From Bacteroidota bacterium (GTDB lineage: Bacteria > Bacteroidota > Bacteroidia > J057), in NCBI GenBank assembly GCA_038527215.1, contig JBCBGC010000007.1, positions 55,424 through 119,423 on the forward strand: a stretch of DNA of 64,000 bases. The letters run 5' to 3'. Below, one piece after another: positions 29,023 through 39,900 of this stretch. The position numbers and the translations under genes were made by a program. The notes beneath the pieces are model-generated. The model was not told where the DNA came from. It made no database searches and was given only the letters and a program-made list of their open reading frames with translations. Each line of letters opens with the position of its first letter. Within the stretch, counting starts at the first letter, position 1.

Positions 29023-31884
29023 ATGCGATTAGTAGATGCCAATTTGCCCTTTCAGGTGGTCTATTCCACCTTCCATCATGAGTACCTAGGTTACCTCATT
29101 TCTGCCCATGTGGTGCAGATTCTCCCTAATGGGGAGCTGAGCCTGGTCCATCAGGGCTTGCATCCGGATAGCATGAGTCAATTTGAAGAAGGACTCACCG
29201 AACATGATGCCCAATTGATTCGGTTGATTACCGAAATCAGCCCTCGTCAAGTGGTCAAGCGTTTCGGAGGAAATCCACGGGATGAGCATGGTTTTTTCAC
29301 CACGCGTTTCACCGGGGAGATCATCAAACTGGTAGACGATTATATCCAAAAACGCCTGGGCAAGATTTTTCCACAGCTTATACATTCTCCTATCTACGAA
29401 ATGGGGAATGATGGCTATCCGGCTCAGTACAAAATTGAGGCCCTCGAAGAACCGGCCAGTGTCTTGTTTCACTTCCGCCGCAAGGAAGAATTTACCCGCT
29501 ACTACCCTACTATCAAGTTGAATGGGGAGAAGATTGACTGGCAGAAAAAAGGCGCTGTCCTGCTGTGTACCCAGCCTGCCTGGATGTTGTTGGATGGCAA
29601 GCTCTTCACTTTTTCTCCGGAGGTAGATGGGAAAAAGCTGCGGCCTTTCCTTAAACGGGAAAACATCATTATCCAGGCGGACAAAGAGGATGAATATTAC
29701 CGCAAGTTCGTTACCCAGATCGTAGAAAAGTATCCGGTTTTTCCCAAGGGGTTTGAAATCCTTGATCATCGGGCCAAGCCCAGTTTTCATCTGACCGTCA
29801 AGGAACACGACCAAAGCAGCTTTTCTTTCATCCGGGAAGTAGACTACGAAGGCTTTCGCTTTCCGCTAGATCCCTTCAACCCTGCCAAGGCCATCTACGA
29901 AAGGGAAAATCAGGAAATTCGTTTTCACCGCATACACCGGCTTTTTGAGGAGGAAACAGAGATTTGCCAATTTTTTGAAAAAATCACCCCTAACAAAAAT
30001 AGCCTCACTCCCTGGGAATACGTCAATAAAGAAAAAGGCCTGGCCTGGCTTTCTACCCATACCGAGGAAATCAAGGAAGCGGGCATTAGCATTCGCCAGG
30101 AGAATCCCCAGTATCAACTCAACCTGAACCGACCAAGCATTGAGTTAAATACCAAGGAGGAAGGGGATTGGTTTGATATTCAGGCGGTAGTGGTGATCGG
30201 AGAATTTCGGATTCCCTTTATCAAATTTCGGAACCACATCTTAAGGGGACAGCGGGAGTATACCCTGCCCGACGGCTCTATCGCCATTTTGCCTGATGAA
30301 TGGTTCTCTGACTATCGGCACCTATTGGAAGTGTCCGAAACCCGTGAGGATGATATCCTCAGCATCCGAAAATACCAGGCCCCTCTGCTCAATTTCCCCT
30401 CTCAGCCGAGTAAAACCCGAGAAAAGCTGGTCGATGCCCTCAAACAAGTCGATGAAATCCCTGAGATAGACCCTCCCCAAGGGTTAAAGGCGCAATTGCG
30501 TAACTATCAGCAAGCGGGTTTCAATTGGCTGTACTTCATGAAGGAGAACGGGATGGGCGCTATTCTGGCCGATGACATGGGACTGGGAAAGACCTTGCAA
30601 ACCCTCAGCCTCCTGCTGAAAGAGCAGGAAAGTGGGATAACTACCCCTACCCTCGTGGTCCTGCCAACCTCTTTGATACACAACTGGAAAAATGAAGCGC
30701 AGAAGTTTACGCCTGCCCTGAAAATCTATATCCATACGGGGGTTAATCGGATCAAGGACCCCGCTATCTTTCAGGATTATCATTTGATCCTGACAACTTA
30801 TGGGATTGTCAGACAGGACATTACCTATTTGCAGACCTTCCCCTTTCACTATATCGTTCTGGATGAAAGCCAGATGATCAAAAATCCGGAGTCGAAAACA
30901 GCGAAAGCCATTCGGAAACTGATTTCCAGGCACCGGCTTTCACTTACGGGTACCCCTATTGAGAATACCGTGATGGATGTCTGGTCTCAAATGGCCTTTC
31001 TCAATCCAGGCTTGCTGGGCAATGAATCCTTCTTTAAGCGATTCTATGTCGGGCCCATTGAAAAAGAACATGATGTACGGCGTTCTGCCAAATTGCGCCG
31101 CATCATCTATCCCTATATCCTGCGCCGTAAAAAGCAACAGGTGGAAAAGCAGCTCCCGGCCCGCATCGAAAAGCTGCATTTCTGCGGCATGGCAGAACCG
31201 CAAAAGGACCTCTACGAGGAAACCCGCAGCACCTATCGAAATTACCTGCTCGAACTGATCAACCAGGGTGCCTGGAAAAAGAACAAACTCAATATCCTGA
31301 CCGGCCTGCAGAAACTGCGACAGATTGCCATTCATCCGCAGATGATCGAACCAGAGAATTACCAGTTGGAAGATTCTGGTAAGTATCAGGAGGTCAAGCG
31401 ATTGCTGCGTCAGATCCTGACCAAAAAACGCTCCAAGGTGCTGATTTTTTCTCAGTTCGTGAAGATGCTGCAAATCATCAAATCCGACCTCGAAAAAGAG
31501 GGTATCCCCTTTGCCTATCTGGATGGAGGTACCAAGGACCGTCAAAAACAAGTGGATAACTTCCAGGAAGATCAATCTCTGAAAGTCTTCCTCATCAGCC
31601 TTAAAGCAGGAGGCGTAGGGCTCAACCTAACCGCTGCGGACTATGTCTTCATCCTTGATCCATGGTGGAATCCCGCCGTGGAAAATCAGGCCATTGACCG
31701 CTCCCACCGCATCGGGCAGACCCGGACGGTATTTTACTATAAGTTTATTACCGAAGAGAGCATAGAGGAAAAAATCCTCAAGCTGCAACAACGCAAATCT
31801 CAGCTTTCGGACGATATCATTCAGATTGAAGAGGATGTCTATAAATCCTTGAACGAAGTAGACTTAGGGGTCCTCCTGCAGTAA
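29023..31884 (+). CDS. SNF2-family helicase (RapA/HepA-like) with approximately 480-aa uncharacterised N-terminal region
   Basis: The SNF2 ATPase core reads LRNYQQAGFNWLYFM, DDMGLGKTLQT, Walker B/DExx LDESQMIKN and helicase-C motifs (…LISLKAGGVGLNLTAADYVFILDPWWNPAVENQAIDRSHRIGQ). Confidence 0.85.
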   Translation: MRLVDANLPFQVVYSTFHHEYLGYLISAHVVQILPNGELSLVHQGLHPDSMSQFEEGLTEHDAQLIRLITEISPRQVVKRFGGNPRDEHGFFTTRFTGEIIKLVDDYIQKRLGKIFPQLIHSPIYEMGNDGYPAQYKIEALEEPASVLFHFRRKEEFTRYYPTIKLNGEKIDWQKKGAVLLCTQPAWMLLDGKLFTFSPEVDGKKLRPFLKRENIIIQADKEDEYYRKFVTQIVEKYPVFPKGFEILDHRAKPSFHLTVKEHDQSSFSFIREVDYEGFRFPLDPFNPAKAIYERENQEIRFHRIHRLFEEETEICQFFEKITPNKNSLTPWEYVNKEKGLAWLSTHTEEIKEAGISIRQENPQYQLNLNRPSIELNTKEEGDWFDIQAVVVIGEFRIPFIKFRNHILRGQREYTLPDGSIAILPDEWFSDYRHLLEVSETREDDILSIRKYQAPLLNFPSQPSKTREKLVDALKQVDEIPEIDPPQGLKAQLRNYQQAGFNWLYFMKENGMGAILADDMGLGKTLQTLSLLLKEQESGITTPTLVVLPTSLIHNWKNEAQKFTPALKIYIHTGVNRIKDPAIFQDYHLILTTYGIVRQDITYLQTFPFHYIVLDESQMIKNPESKTAKAIRKLISRHRLSLTGTPIENTVMDVWSQMAFLNPGLLGNESFFKRFYVGPIEKEHDVRRSAKLRRIIYPYILRRKKQQVEKQLPARIEKLHFCGMAEPQKDLYEETRSTYRNYLLELINQGAWKKNKLNILTGLQKLRQIAIHPQMIEPENYQLEDSGKYQEVKRLLRQILTKKRSKVLIFSQFVKMLQIIKSDLEKEGIPFAYLDGGTKDRQKQVDNFQEDQSLKVFLISLKAGGVGLNLTAADYVFILDPWWNPAVENQAIDRSHRIGQTRTVFYYKFITEESIEEKILKLQQRKSQLSDDIIQIEEDVYKSLNEVDLGVLLQ

Positions 31885-31893
31885 TCCTTCGCT

Positions 31894-32814
31894 ATGCCTT
31901 CCTGGATCATCAAAGCGAGTAGCCAAAAACTACTGACAGCCATCCCGGGATACAGACACTGGTACCCTTGGTGTCAGCGGCATTTCTTTGGCAGCTTACA
32001 GCTCAGCCCCTATTTCGTAAAAGACCGCCTCGAACACGTGGGTCGCCACCTCAAAGCCTGGCAGCAGATTCACCCCAACCGCTTGCCGGAAAGGGTCCTG
32101 GAATTTGGTAGTGGCTGGTATCCGCTGGTTCCTTTAGGCTTGTATCTTTGCGGGGTAAAAAAGGTCGTATTGACAGACCGATATCAGCTTTTCAAGCCGG
32201 CGGACCTGGATAAGCTGATCAACTTCATCGAAGATGAACTGTGGGATAAACTGCCGGAAATCCTCCCGGGGTTTCAGCAAGCCCGCTGGAAACAGCTCAA
32301 GGAAATCCTCCAGCTGGCCCCTGAGCAGCGTCTTTCTGACCTGGGCTGGACCTATCAGGTAGGGGATATTTTGCAAAAACCGCCCACCGGCAGTTTTGAT
32401 CTCCTGATCTCCAATAACACCTTTGAGCATTTGGCTCCAAAGTTATTGAACGCCCTGATGCCTTTTTTTTGGCAGTGCTTAAAGCCTGCTGGGGTGATGA
32501 GCCATTACGTCGACATGGTGGATCATTATTCCTATTTTGATCCCAGCCTGCCAGCCTTCCATTTTCTGCGGTTCTCCCCTCGGCAGTGGAGTTGGATAGA
32601 AAATTCCCTGCAAGCCCAGAACCGATGGCGGCTGGATGATTACCAGGCCTTGTGGGAGCGTCATCAGCTCCCCATAGATGCCTGCTGGCCGGAATTATTG
32701 CCGGAGGACAGAATAGCGCCTGAGCAATGGCATCCGAGCTTTCATCACCAGTCAGAAACCTCAACAAGGGCGGGATATGTGCAGATCATTTCTGTAAAAA
32801 AAGAAACTCCCTGA
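31894..32814 (+). CDS. Class I SAM-dependent methyltransferase (not a DNA methyltransferase by motif)
   Basis: Motif I is VLEFGSGWY, with post-I acidic LTD and motif II/III DLLISNNTFEHL. There is no DPPY/NPPY motif. It lies 9 nt downstream of the SNF2 stop. Confidence 0.55.
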   Translation: MPSWIIKASSQKLLTAIPGYRHWYPWCQRHFFGSLQLSPYFVKDRLEHVGRHLKAWQQIHPNRLPERVLEFGSGWYPLVPLGLYLCGVKKVVLTDRYQLFKPADLDKLINFIEDELWDKLPEILPGFQQARWKQLKEILQLAPEQRLSDLGWTYQVGDILQKPPTGSFDLLISNNTFEHLAPKLLNALMPFFWQCLKPAGVMSHYVDMVDHYSYFDPSLPAFHFLRFSPRQWSWIENSLQAQNRWRLDDYQALWERHQLPIDACWPELLPEDRIAPEQWHPSFHHQSETSTRAGYVQIISVKKETP

Positions 32815-32856
32815 GCCATGCCCAGGGAGTAGATCATCGTTATAGCCAATCTATGT

Positions 32857-33669
32857 TTATTCCAATTCCAGGCTTTCCAGCAAGTCTTCGGAGATCCCGA
32901 CGCTCGAGAATCCGCCATCATGGAAGAGGTTCTGCATGGTTACCATACGGGTATAGTCAGAGAACATGGCCAGACAGTAATCCGCACAAGCATCTGCCGG
33001 GGCATTACCCAGCGGAGACATTTTCTCCCCAAAAGCCAGCATTTTATCAAATCCAGGAACCCCTGTACCCGCCGTGGTAGGCGTGGGGGATTGAGAGATG
33101 GTGTTGACGCGGACCTTGGCTTTTCTCCCGTAGTGGTAGCCAAAGCTACGGGCAATAGATTCCAGGAGGGCCTTTGCATCTGCCATATCTGCATACTTGC
33201 CAAAGGTACGCTGAGCTGCGATATAGGAAAGGGCGAGGATAGAACCCCACTCATTCATCAAATCACGCTCATATAAGGCCTGACAGGTTTTGTGCAGGGA
33301 CACAGCTGACACATCATAAGTCTTGTTGAGCCAGTCGTAATTCAGGTTGGTGTATGCGCGTTTCTTCCGTACGTTGGGAGACATGCCGATGGAGTGCAGG
33401 ACAAAATCGATTTTGCCAAATCGCTCTTCTGCTACGTCCAGGAGCTTGTTGATATCCTCCATGCTGGTCGCATCAGCAGGAACCAGCGGGGCATCCAGGC
33501 GTTCGGCCAGGCTGTTAATTTTCCCCATGCGCAGGGCTACGGGAGCATTGGTAAGGATCAGGCTAGCGCCTTCTGCGTGGGCTTTTTCTGCCACTTTCCA
33601 GGCAATAGAGAGTTCATCTAGTGCGCCGAATACAATGCCCTTTTTTCCAGCTAATAATTGGTTTGCCAT
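32857..33669 (-). CDS. fabI: Enoyl-[acyl-carrier-protein] reductase (NADH), FabI
   Basis: The N-terminus GKKGIVFGALDELSIAWKVAEK is a FabI Rossmann fold. The catalytic Tyr/Lys region is YIAAQRTFGKYADMADAKALLES. Confidence 0.85.
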   Translation of the reverse strand: MANQLLAGKKGIVFGALDELSIAWKVAEKAHAEGASLILTNAPVALRMGKINSLAERLDAPLVPADATSMEDINKLLDVAEERFGKIDFVLHSIGMSPNVRKKRAYTNLNYDWLNKTYDVSAVSLHKTCQALYERDLMNEWGSILALSYIAAQRTFGKYADMADAKALLESIARSFGYHYGRKAKVRVNTISQSPTPTTAGTGVPGFDKMLAFGEKMSPLGNAPADACADYCLAMFSDYTRMVTMQNLFHDGGFSSVGISEDLLESLELE

Positions 33670-33945
33670 ATGTATTTACCTGTTTTTCAGGGATCTGAAA
33701 GCAGGAGCCTTTTCCTCCTGATTTCGGTTAAGGCCGCAAGTAAGAAAGATTTTGTCAGCTAAGCAACCCGGATAAAAAAGTGAACGTCAGAATCGATGGA
33801 GTGTATACCGAACCAAAATCCAGCGTGAATGCAGAAAACTTTGAAGTCGGTCCGGAATTTTCTCTCCCAAGAATCCCCCTACACTTTGAACTTGAAAAGG
33901 GATTCTTTTTCTTTACAGACACTTATTTCCACTCCAAGGGCATGT

Positions 33946-34677
33946 ATGGCAAAGTACCTGGTGATTGTACCCACCTATAATGAGAAGGAAAACATAGAGA
34001 ACCTTATCCGGCAAGTCATGGACATTCTGCCGCAGACTCATATGCTCATTGTAGAGGACAATTCTCCAGATGGAACGGCTGATATTGTTAAAGGCTTACA
34101 AAAGGAGACTTTCCCCGAGAGACTTTTCATCCATGAGCGCGGAGGCAAAGAAGGATTAGGGACGGCTTATCTGTTTGGCTTCCAGTGGGCCATCGAACAT
34201 GATTACGATTTCATCTTTGAAATGGATGCCGATTTTAGTCATAACCCCAAAGCCCTGCCTTCCTTGCTCAAAGCCTGTGAAGAAGATGGCCACGACCTGG
34301 CCATTGGTTCCCGCTATGTCAATGGCGTGAACGTGGTCAATTGGCCTATGGGTCGGGTGTTGATGAGTTATTATGCCTCGGCCTACGTCCGGGTCATCAC
34401 CGGCATGTCAATCCGCGACACCACCGCTGGATTTAAGTGTTACCGCAAGGAAGCCTTACAAAAAATCCTGGAGCGACCGGTCAAGTTTGTAGGCTACGCC
34501 TTTCAGATTGAGATGAAATTCCGAGCCTGGAAATATGGCTTCAAGATCAAAGAGGTGCCCATTATTTTCCGGGACCGCACCATGGGTCAATCCAAGATGT
34601 CCAGGGGCATCTTTAAGGAAGCTATTTTTGGGGTAATTCGGATGAAAATCGCTTCCTGGTTCAAAAGCTGGAAATAG
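33946..34677 (+). CDS. GT2 polyprenol-phosphate mannosyltransferase-like (dolichol-phosphate mannose synthase family)
   Basis: The start is set at MAKYLVIVPTYNEKENI, and the track ORF has a non-conserved N-terminal extension. A DxD-like EDNSPDGT motif and the DAD of FEMDADFSH are present. Confidence 0.7.
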   Translation: MAKYLVIVPTYNEKENIENLIRQVMDILPQTHMLIVEDNSPDGTADIVKGLQKETFPERLFIHERGGKEGLGTAYLFGFQWAIEHDYDFIFEMDADFSHNPKALPSLLKACEEDGHDLAIGSRYVNGVNVVNWPMGRVLMSYYASAYVRVITGMSIRDTTAGFKCYRKEALQKILERPVKFVGYAFQIEMKFRAWKYGFKIKEVPIIFRDRTMGQSKMSRGIFKEAIFGVIRMKIASWFKSWK

Positions 34678-34773
34678 CCCGATTTTTTTGTGTCCGAATA
34701 AACCTTCCCCTTCCTTGGGTGTCACATAGCTATATGCGTTTACCCGCATTTTTGTCAGCTAACCAGCCAAACT

Positions 34774-36075
34774 ATGCGCACCTATTTTTTCCTGCTCTGG
34801 CTCGGGATCATGGCCAGTCATGCCGCCCTGGGTCAATCTCCCTACTACTTCCCGCCCACCGGCTCCGCTCAGTGGGATACCCTTAGCCCCCAGCAATTAG
34901 GATGGTGCGAGGATAGCTTAAACAGCTTGTACGCCTTTTTGGAGGAAAAAAACACCAAAGCCTTTCTGGTCCTGAAAGAAGGGAAAATGGTGATAGAACG
35001 CTATTTCGACGATTTTCAGGCCACTGACAATTGGTACTGGGCTTCCGCAGGTAAATCCCTGGCCGCCTTCCTGGTAGGCATGGCCCAGGATCAACAATTG
35101 TTATCCATCGAAGACAGTGTCTCCCGCTTTCTCGGACAGGGCTGGACTTCCTTACCACCTGCCCAGGAGCGGAATATCAAAATCCGGCACCAAATCACCA
35201 TGACTACGGGGCTGGCGGATACGGTGGACGACTTGAATTGTCTGGACCCTTCCTGCCTGACCTACCAGGCCGAGCCCGGCACGCGCTGGTCTTATCACAA
35301 TGCCCCTTATCGCCTGGTCCAGGATGTGGTAGGTCAAGCCAGCGGGGGCAGCATGCAGAGCTTCACCAAGAGTCAGTTGTTGGACAAAATCGGCATGAAT
35401 GGCCTCTGGTTCAATTACGTTTTTTGGAGTACGCCAAGAAGCATGGCACGTTTTGGGCTGCTATGCCTGAACCAGGGCATCTGGGATCAGGATACCTTAC
35501 TCAAAGACACCGCTTATTTCCAGGCCATGTCGACTTCTTCCCAGCCTCACAACCCTTCTTATGGTTACCTCTGGTGGCTCAACGGCCAGGGACAATATAT
35601 GATTCCCAGTTTGCAGTTTTTGTTTTCGACGGACCTGGTGCCCAGTGCCCCGGCGGATATGTACGCGGGTTTAGGAAAAAATGATCAGAAAGTATATGTG
35701 GTACCCAGCCAGGATTTGGTTGTCGTCCGCATGGGCAATGACGGCGGAGGGAATCTATTTGCCCTGAGTTCTTTTGATGAAAACCTCTGGAGCAAAATGG
35801 CGGGTTTGGCTTGTCAGGCTACCTCGATAGAGGTGGACCTGCCGCTTCTGAGTCTTTACCCCAATCCTGCCAAAGGGGCAATATTTCTCAAAAATCTTCC
35901 ACCGGGTCTGGGACAATATCATATCTATAGCTTGCTCGGGCAAGCGGTAAAAACCGGAGCCCTTCCTCAGGCTGAGATTTCCCTGAGCGGCCTGCAGCCG
36001 GGATGGTATCTGCTGAAAGTGGAGCATGATGGCCTGAAGAGGCCCTGGCAATGGAAAATTCAAGTGAAAGAATGA
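34774..36075 (+). CDS. Beta-lactamase-fold serine hydrolase with T9SS C-terminal sorting domain
   Basis: It has a signal peptide and the SxxK motif SAGKS. The C-terminal approximately 80 aa (…LSLYPNPAKGAIFLKNL…GWYLLKVEHDGL…) resemble a T9SS CTD. Confidence 0.65.
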   Translation: MRTYFFLLWLGIMASHAALGQSPYYFPPTGSAQWDTLSPQQLGWCEDSLNSLYAFLEEKNTKAFLVLKEGKMVIERYFDDFQATDNWYWASAGKSLAAFLVGMAQDQQLLSIEDSVSRFLGQGWTSLPPAQERNIKIRHQITMTTGLADTVDDLNCLDPSCLTYQAEPGTRWSYHNAPYRLVQDVVGQASGGSMQSFTKSQLLDKIGMNGLWFNYVFWSTPRSMARFGLLCLNQGIWDQDTLLKDTAYFQAMSTSSQPHNPSYGYLWWLNGQGQYMIPSLQFLFSTDLVPSAPADMYAGLGKNDQKVYVVPSQDLVVVRMGNDGGGNLFALSSFDENLWSKMAGLACQATSIEVDLPLLSLYPNPAKGAIFLKNLPPGLGQYHIYSLLGQAVKTGALPQAEISLSGLQPGWYLLKVEHDGLKRPWQWKIQVKE

Positions 36076-36093
36076 TGATTCCATGCCCCCAGG

Positions 36094-36873
36094 GTGAGAA
36101 GGGAGTATAGCGAACAATTGCTACCTTTCGGCAAAAACATGGCTTTTCCCACTTATGCTGGTCCGCTCCCCCGACTGACAACCGAACAGATGATTGAGGT
36201 AGACCGCCTCATGATAGAAGAATATGGCATCCTCCTCATGCAAATGATGGAAAATGCGGGGAGATGCCTGGCCCTCCTGGCTAAGGACCGTTTCCTGCAG
36301 GCTAATCCAACAGGCAAGAAAGTAGTTGTCTTGGCCGGAACCGGGGGAAATGGAGGGGGAGCCATGGTTTGTGCCAGAAGGTTGGCAGCCTGGGGAGCAG
36401 AGGTCTACGTAGCCGTAACCCACGAGGACCGGTTGCGGGAGATTCCCCTACACCAGTTTAACATTCTTAAACAGATGGGCTTAGCCATTCATCAAGGCGT
36501 GGCTCCCTTACCCTCCGACGTGGCCCTGATCATAGACGGCATCATTGGCTATAGTCTGCGTGGCGCGCCCCGCGGCCCCGCAGCCACCTTCATCCAATGG
36601 GCCAATGATCAAGCAGCTCCGGTCCTTTCCCTGGATACACCTTCAGGCATCAGCCTTACGGTAGGAGAAGCCTTTGAGCCCGTGATCAAAGCAGCGGCCA
36701 CCCTCACCCTGGCCCTGCCCAAAGTAGGCCTCTACCAGGAGGAAATGGTCCCCCTCAGAGGAGAATTATATCTAGGGGACATCAGCGTTCCTCCAGCCTT
36801 GTATGCTGAGCCCAGCCTTAAGCTGGCAGTCGCGTCTTTTTTCCACCTATCTGACGTATTAAGAATAGCATAG
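36094..36873 (+). CDS. NAD(P)H-hydrate epimerase (YjeF N-terminal domain)
   Basis: A VVVLAGTGGNGGGAMVCARRL glycine-rich loop and an overall YjeF_N pattern are present. The alternative start MAFPTY is at 36139. Confidence 0.65.
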   Translation: MRREYSEQLLPFGKNMAFPTYAGPLPRLTTEQMIEVDRLMIEEYGILLMQMMENAGRCLALLAKDRFLQANPTGKKVVVLAGTGGNGGGAMVCARRLAAWGAEVYVAVTHEDRLREIPLHQFNILKQMGLAIHQGVAPLPSDVALIIDGIIGYSLRGAPRGPAATFIQWANDQAAPVLSLDTPSGISLTVGEAFEPVIKAAATLTLALPKVGLYQEEMVPLRGELYLGDISVPPALYAEPSLKLAVASFFHLSDVLRIA

Positions 36874-36923
36874 CCCGGATAAGACGAACTCATCCGGGCT
36901 ATGAATATATGGGTTTACGCTGG

Positions 36924-39900
36924 TTAGAAGATGTAGCGCACACCGAACTGAGAAGCCCAGCGGCCTGACTGAATACCAGAGTTCAACAAGGTCCATGGAT
37001 CGCCTGAAGGCGTTTCGAAAGAGAAGGTAGGCACAGTAGTATCATTACCCAGATCATCTTTCTGGAATCCAACAAAGCGGATCAAATCAAAGTTGCCACG
37101 GTTCCCTACGAAGTAACGGCCTCCCCAGCTGGAATTGAGCAGGTTAGCCACGTTGAATACGTCAAAGGTAAACTGTAAGGTGTGGTTTCTGCCATTTCCA
37201 GCCTTGATCATCACATCCTGGATCAGTTTCAGGTCGAAGATATGCTCAAAAGGCGTACGGAGGTGGTTCCGCTCAAAGTACTTACCCCGACGGCTCCGCA
37301 GATAAGGATCAGCTTCGATGAAGGCATTGAGGTCAGCCCACTGAGTAGCGGCCGTAGAAGGATCAGCAAATACGATTTCAGAAGCATCTTTTGGCACGTA
37401 AATCAGGGTAACGTGCTGCTGGTCGTCTTCATTGGTCAATTGCTCTCCGTTTCCATATACATAAGAGAATGGCTGGCCATCCTGACCATTATAGAAGATA
37501 GAGATCGTGGTAGCGAAATTGCCTCCACCGTACTCAAAGCGCTTGTTCAGGAAACCACTGATCCGGGAACCCGCATCAAAAATGGTCCGGGTGGTGGTGG
37601 CGTTGTTTCTACCATTGATAGATTGGTTTTCACGCCAGTTGGTAGAATTGATGAAACCAAAGCCATCAAATACTGCCTCGGCACGGGTAAAAGAGTAAGC
37701 AATGCTACCGCCCCAGTTATTTTTCATGGGACGCTTAAGCTGGACAGTACCATTATAGGTGTAACCAGCGTTCGTATTGCTCACCAGGGTAATCCGCCCG
37801 TAGGTAGGATCAATCCGGTCAGAGAAGTTGAAGATCGGACGATTATCCGCTCCGGCACCGGTCAGGGTAGCAGCAGAAGGCTTGAGGTTAACATTCTGAA
37901 TAAAGATATCATTGAGGGTTTTAGAGTACATCCCTTCCACCGTCATGATCAGTCCACCAGGTAATTTTCTATCCAGCGCAATACTTCCTCTGGCAATTTG
38001 GGGGTATTTGAAATCAGCTGCGAACAGGTCTACATCCCCGGAAGGGCTGCTTAGGTTCACAAAGTTCCGCCAATCATCCGGGCTGGTGGCGAACTCAGGC
38101 ATATTGCCCAGGAATCCTGCACGGAAAACAAAGCTGGAGTTCAGGCCATTCCGGATGAACATACCACCGGGCCATACCCATGGCACACGAGAGGTGAAGA
38201 CACCGCCTCCTCCACGAATCTGCGTCTTTTGGTTTCCACCTACGTCCCAGTTGAAACCAAGGCGAGGGGCGATCAGGAATTGAGTCTGAGGTACGCGGCT
38301 GGCTTTTGCTCCTTTCAGGTTGTACCCAGCTCCCTCAATCAAAGGAATGGTCAGATCATTGAAAATCTGATTGTTCAATGGAGGATCTTCCAGGAATACC
38401 GGAATATCTACCCGGGCGCCTACTGTCAATTTGAAAGTAGGGGCAATCTGCCACTCATCCTGGATATATCCGGAAGCCTGTAGGGCAGAAAAGGTCGGGC
38501 CGAGGTTGTTGGCCGCGTCCCCAAATCTCACGCCCAAGGCATCGCCAGGGGTCGTAGGCAGCTCATGACCAAAGAGGAATACATCTCCGAGGTCTCCATC
38601 GAGGAATTTTTGCAATCCAGTGCGTACCAGGTTACCATTGGCATCCAGGTCGTTATTGTACTGGTAACGAGGAGTGGAGAAAATGGTGAAAAGGTTCTGA
38701 ATCCGGAAAAATTCATTGTGGGTACCCACCGTCAGAGAGTGAGCTCCGAGGTTGATGGTCAGGTTGTCCGTCAGGGTGAATACATCCTGAAATACAATGT
38801 TGGAGTAAGAGAAGTTATCCGTCCCGAATACTACCTGCGCATCACCATCCTGCGCAATCACTTGCGGGAAAGGATCGCCTAATACGTCGCGGTCATCTCT
38901 TACCGTCGTAGCCCCAATGATCAGGTCGTTGAAAATACGCTTAGACAGGGTGCTCTTCAGTTCCAAAGCAGTGGAATTGGTAACGGAGGGGAAGTAAACT
39001 CCGGAATTGAAAAAGTAGATATTCCGGTTGTCAGGACGAGGTCCATCTCTTTCCACCCCGCGCACGTAGCTATGGCGAAGGGTCAGTTTATGGTTGAGGT
39101 TGATATTCCAATTCAGCTTGGCCAGGATTTTTTCCCCTTCCCGGGTAGAAGTATTGTTCAGGTATCCACCGGGATCATATCCATAGCGGCTGTCCAGGAA
39201 GTTTTCCAGTTCGGTCAGCTTCACTTCATCGGCCAGTCCCTGATATCCATCAAAGGAGAAAGGCTTGGGCTCTTCATCCCGCTGTAATTCTACATTGACG
39301 AAGAAAAAGAGTTTATCCTTCACGATAGGCCCACCTACCCGGAATCCGTAGGTACGAGCGGAGAAGGGATCCAGGCGGGTCCGGTCCTCATTATCTATGT
39401 CTCCCGGGGTTCTTCCAGAAAGTTGTTCATTCCGGGAAAAGTAATAGGCAGAGGCTTCCAGGGTGTTGGTCCCTGAGCGGGTAACCGCATTGACCCCACC
39501 ACCGGCAAAACCACCAAGTTTTACGTCATACGGAGCGAGTACTACCTGAATTTGCTCCAGGGCATCAGGGCTAATGGGAGTAATCCCGGCTTGTCCACCA
39601 TTGGTACCGGTATTGGCCAACCCAAACACATCATTGTTCACCGCACCGTCGATGAAAATGGAGTTGTAACGGTTGTTGATACCAGAAAGGGAAATCCCTC
39701 CGTTGGTGAGGTTTGCCTGAGGCGTAAGGCGCCCGAAATCCTGAAGGAAATCCCGGTTTACCGTGGGAAGGGTATTGATTTCATCCTTGCCAATGTAGGT
39801 TTCGGCTCCGGTCCGGTTTCCGTCGAAGACCTCTCCTACCCCAGCAGTAATCAATATTTCTTCCGTGCTGATTTCCCGGGTCATATTTACATCCAACTGA

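Noticed and set aside
29023-32814. DISARM-like system (SNF2 helicase + methyltransferase)
   Set aside because: The methyltransferase lacks DNA methyltransferase motifs, and no DUF1998 or PLD-nuclease partners are present.
37182-37964. 260-aa plus-strand ORF, plus similar ORFs at 39552-40178 and 10045-10887
   Set aside because: They lie in shadow frames of the TonB-dependent receptor and DUF58 genes, which have strong family motifs.
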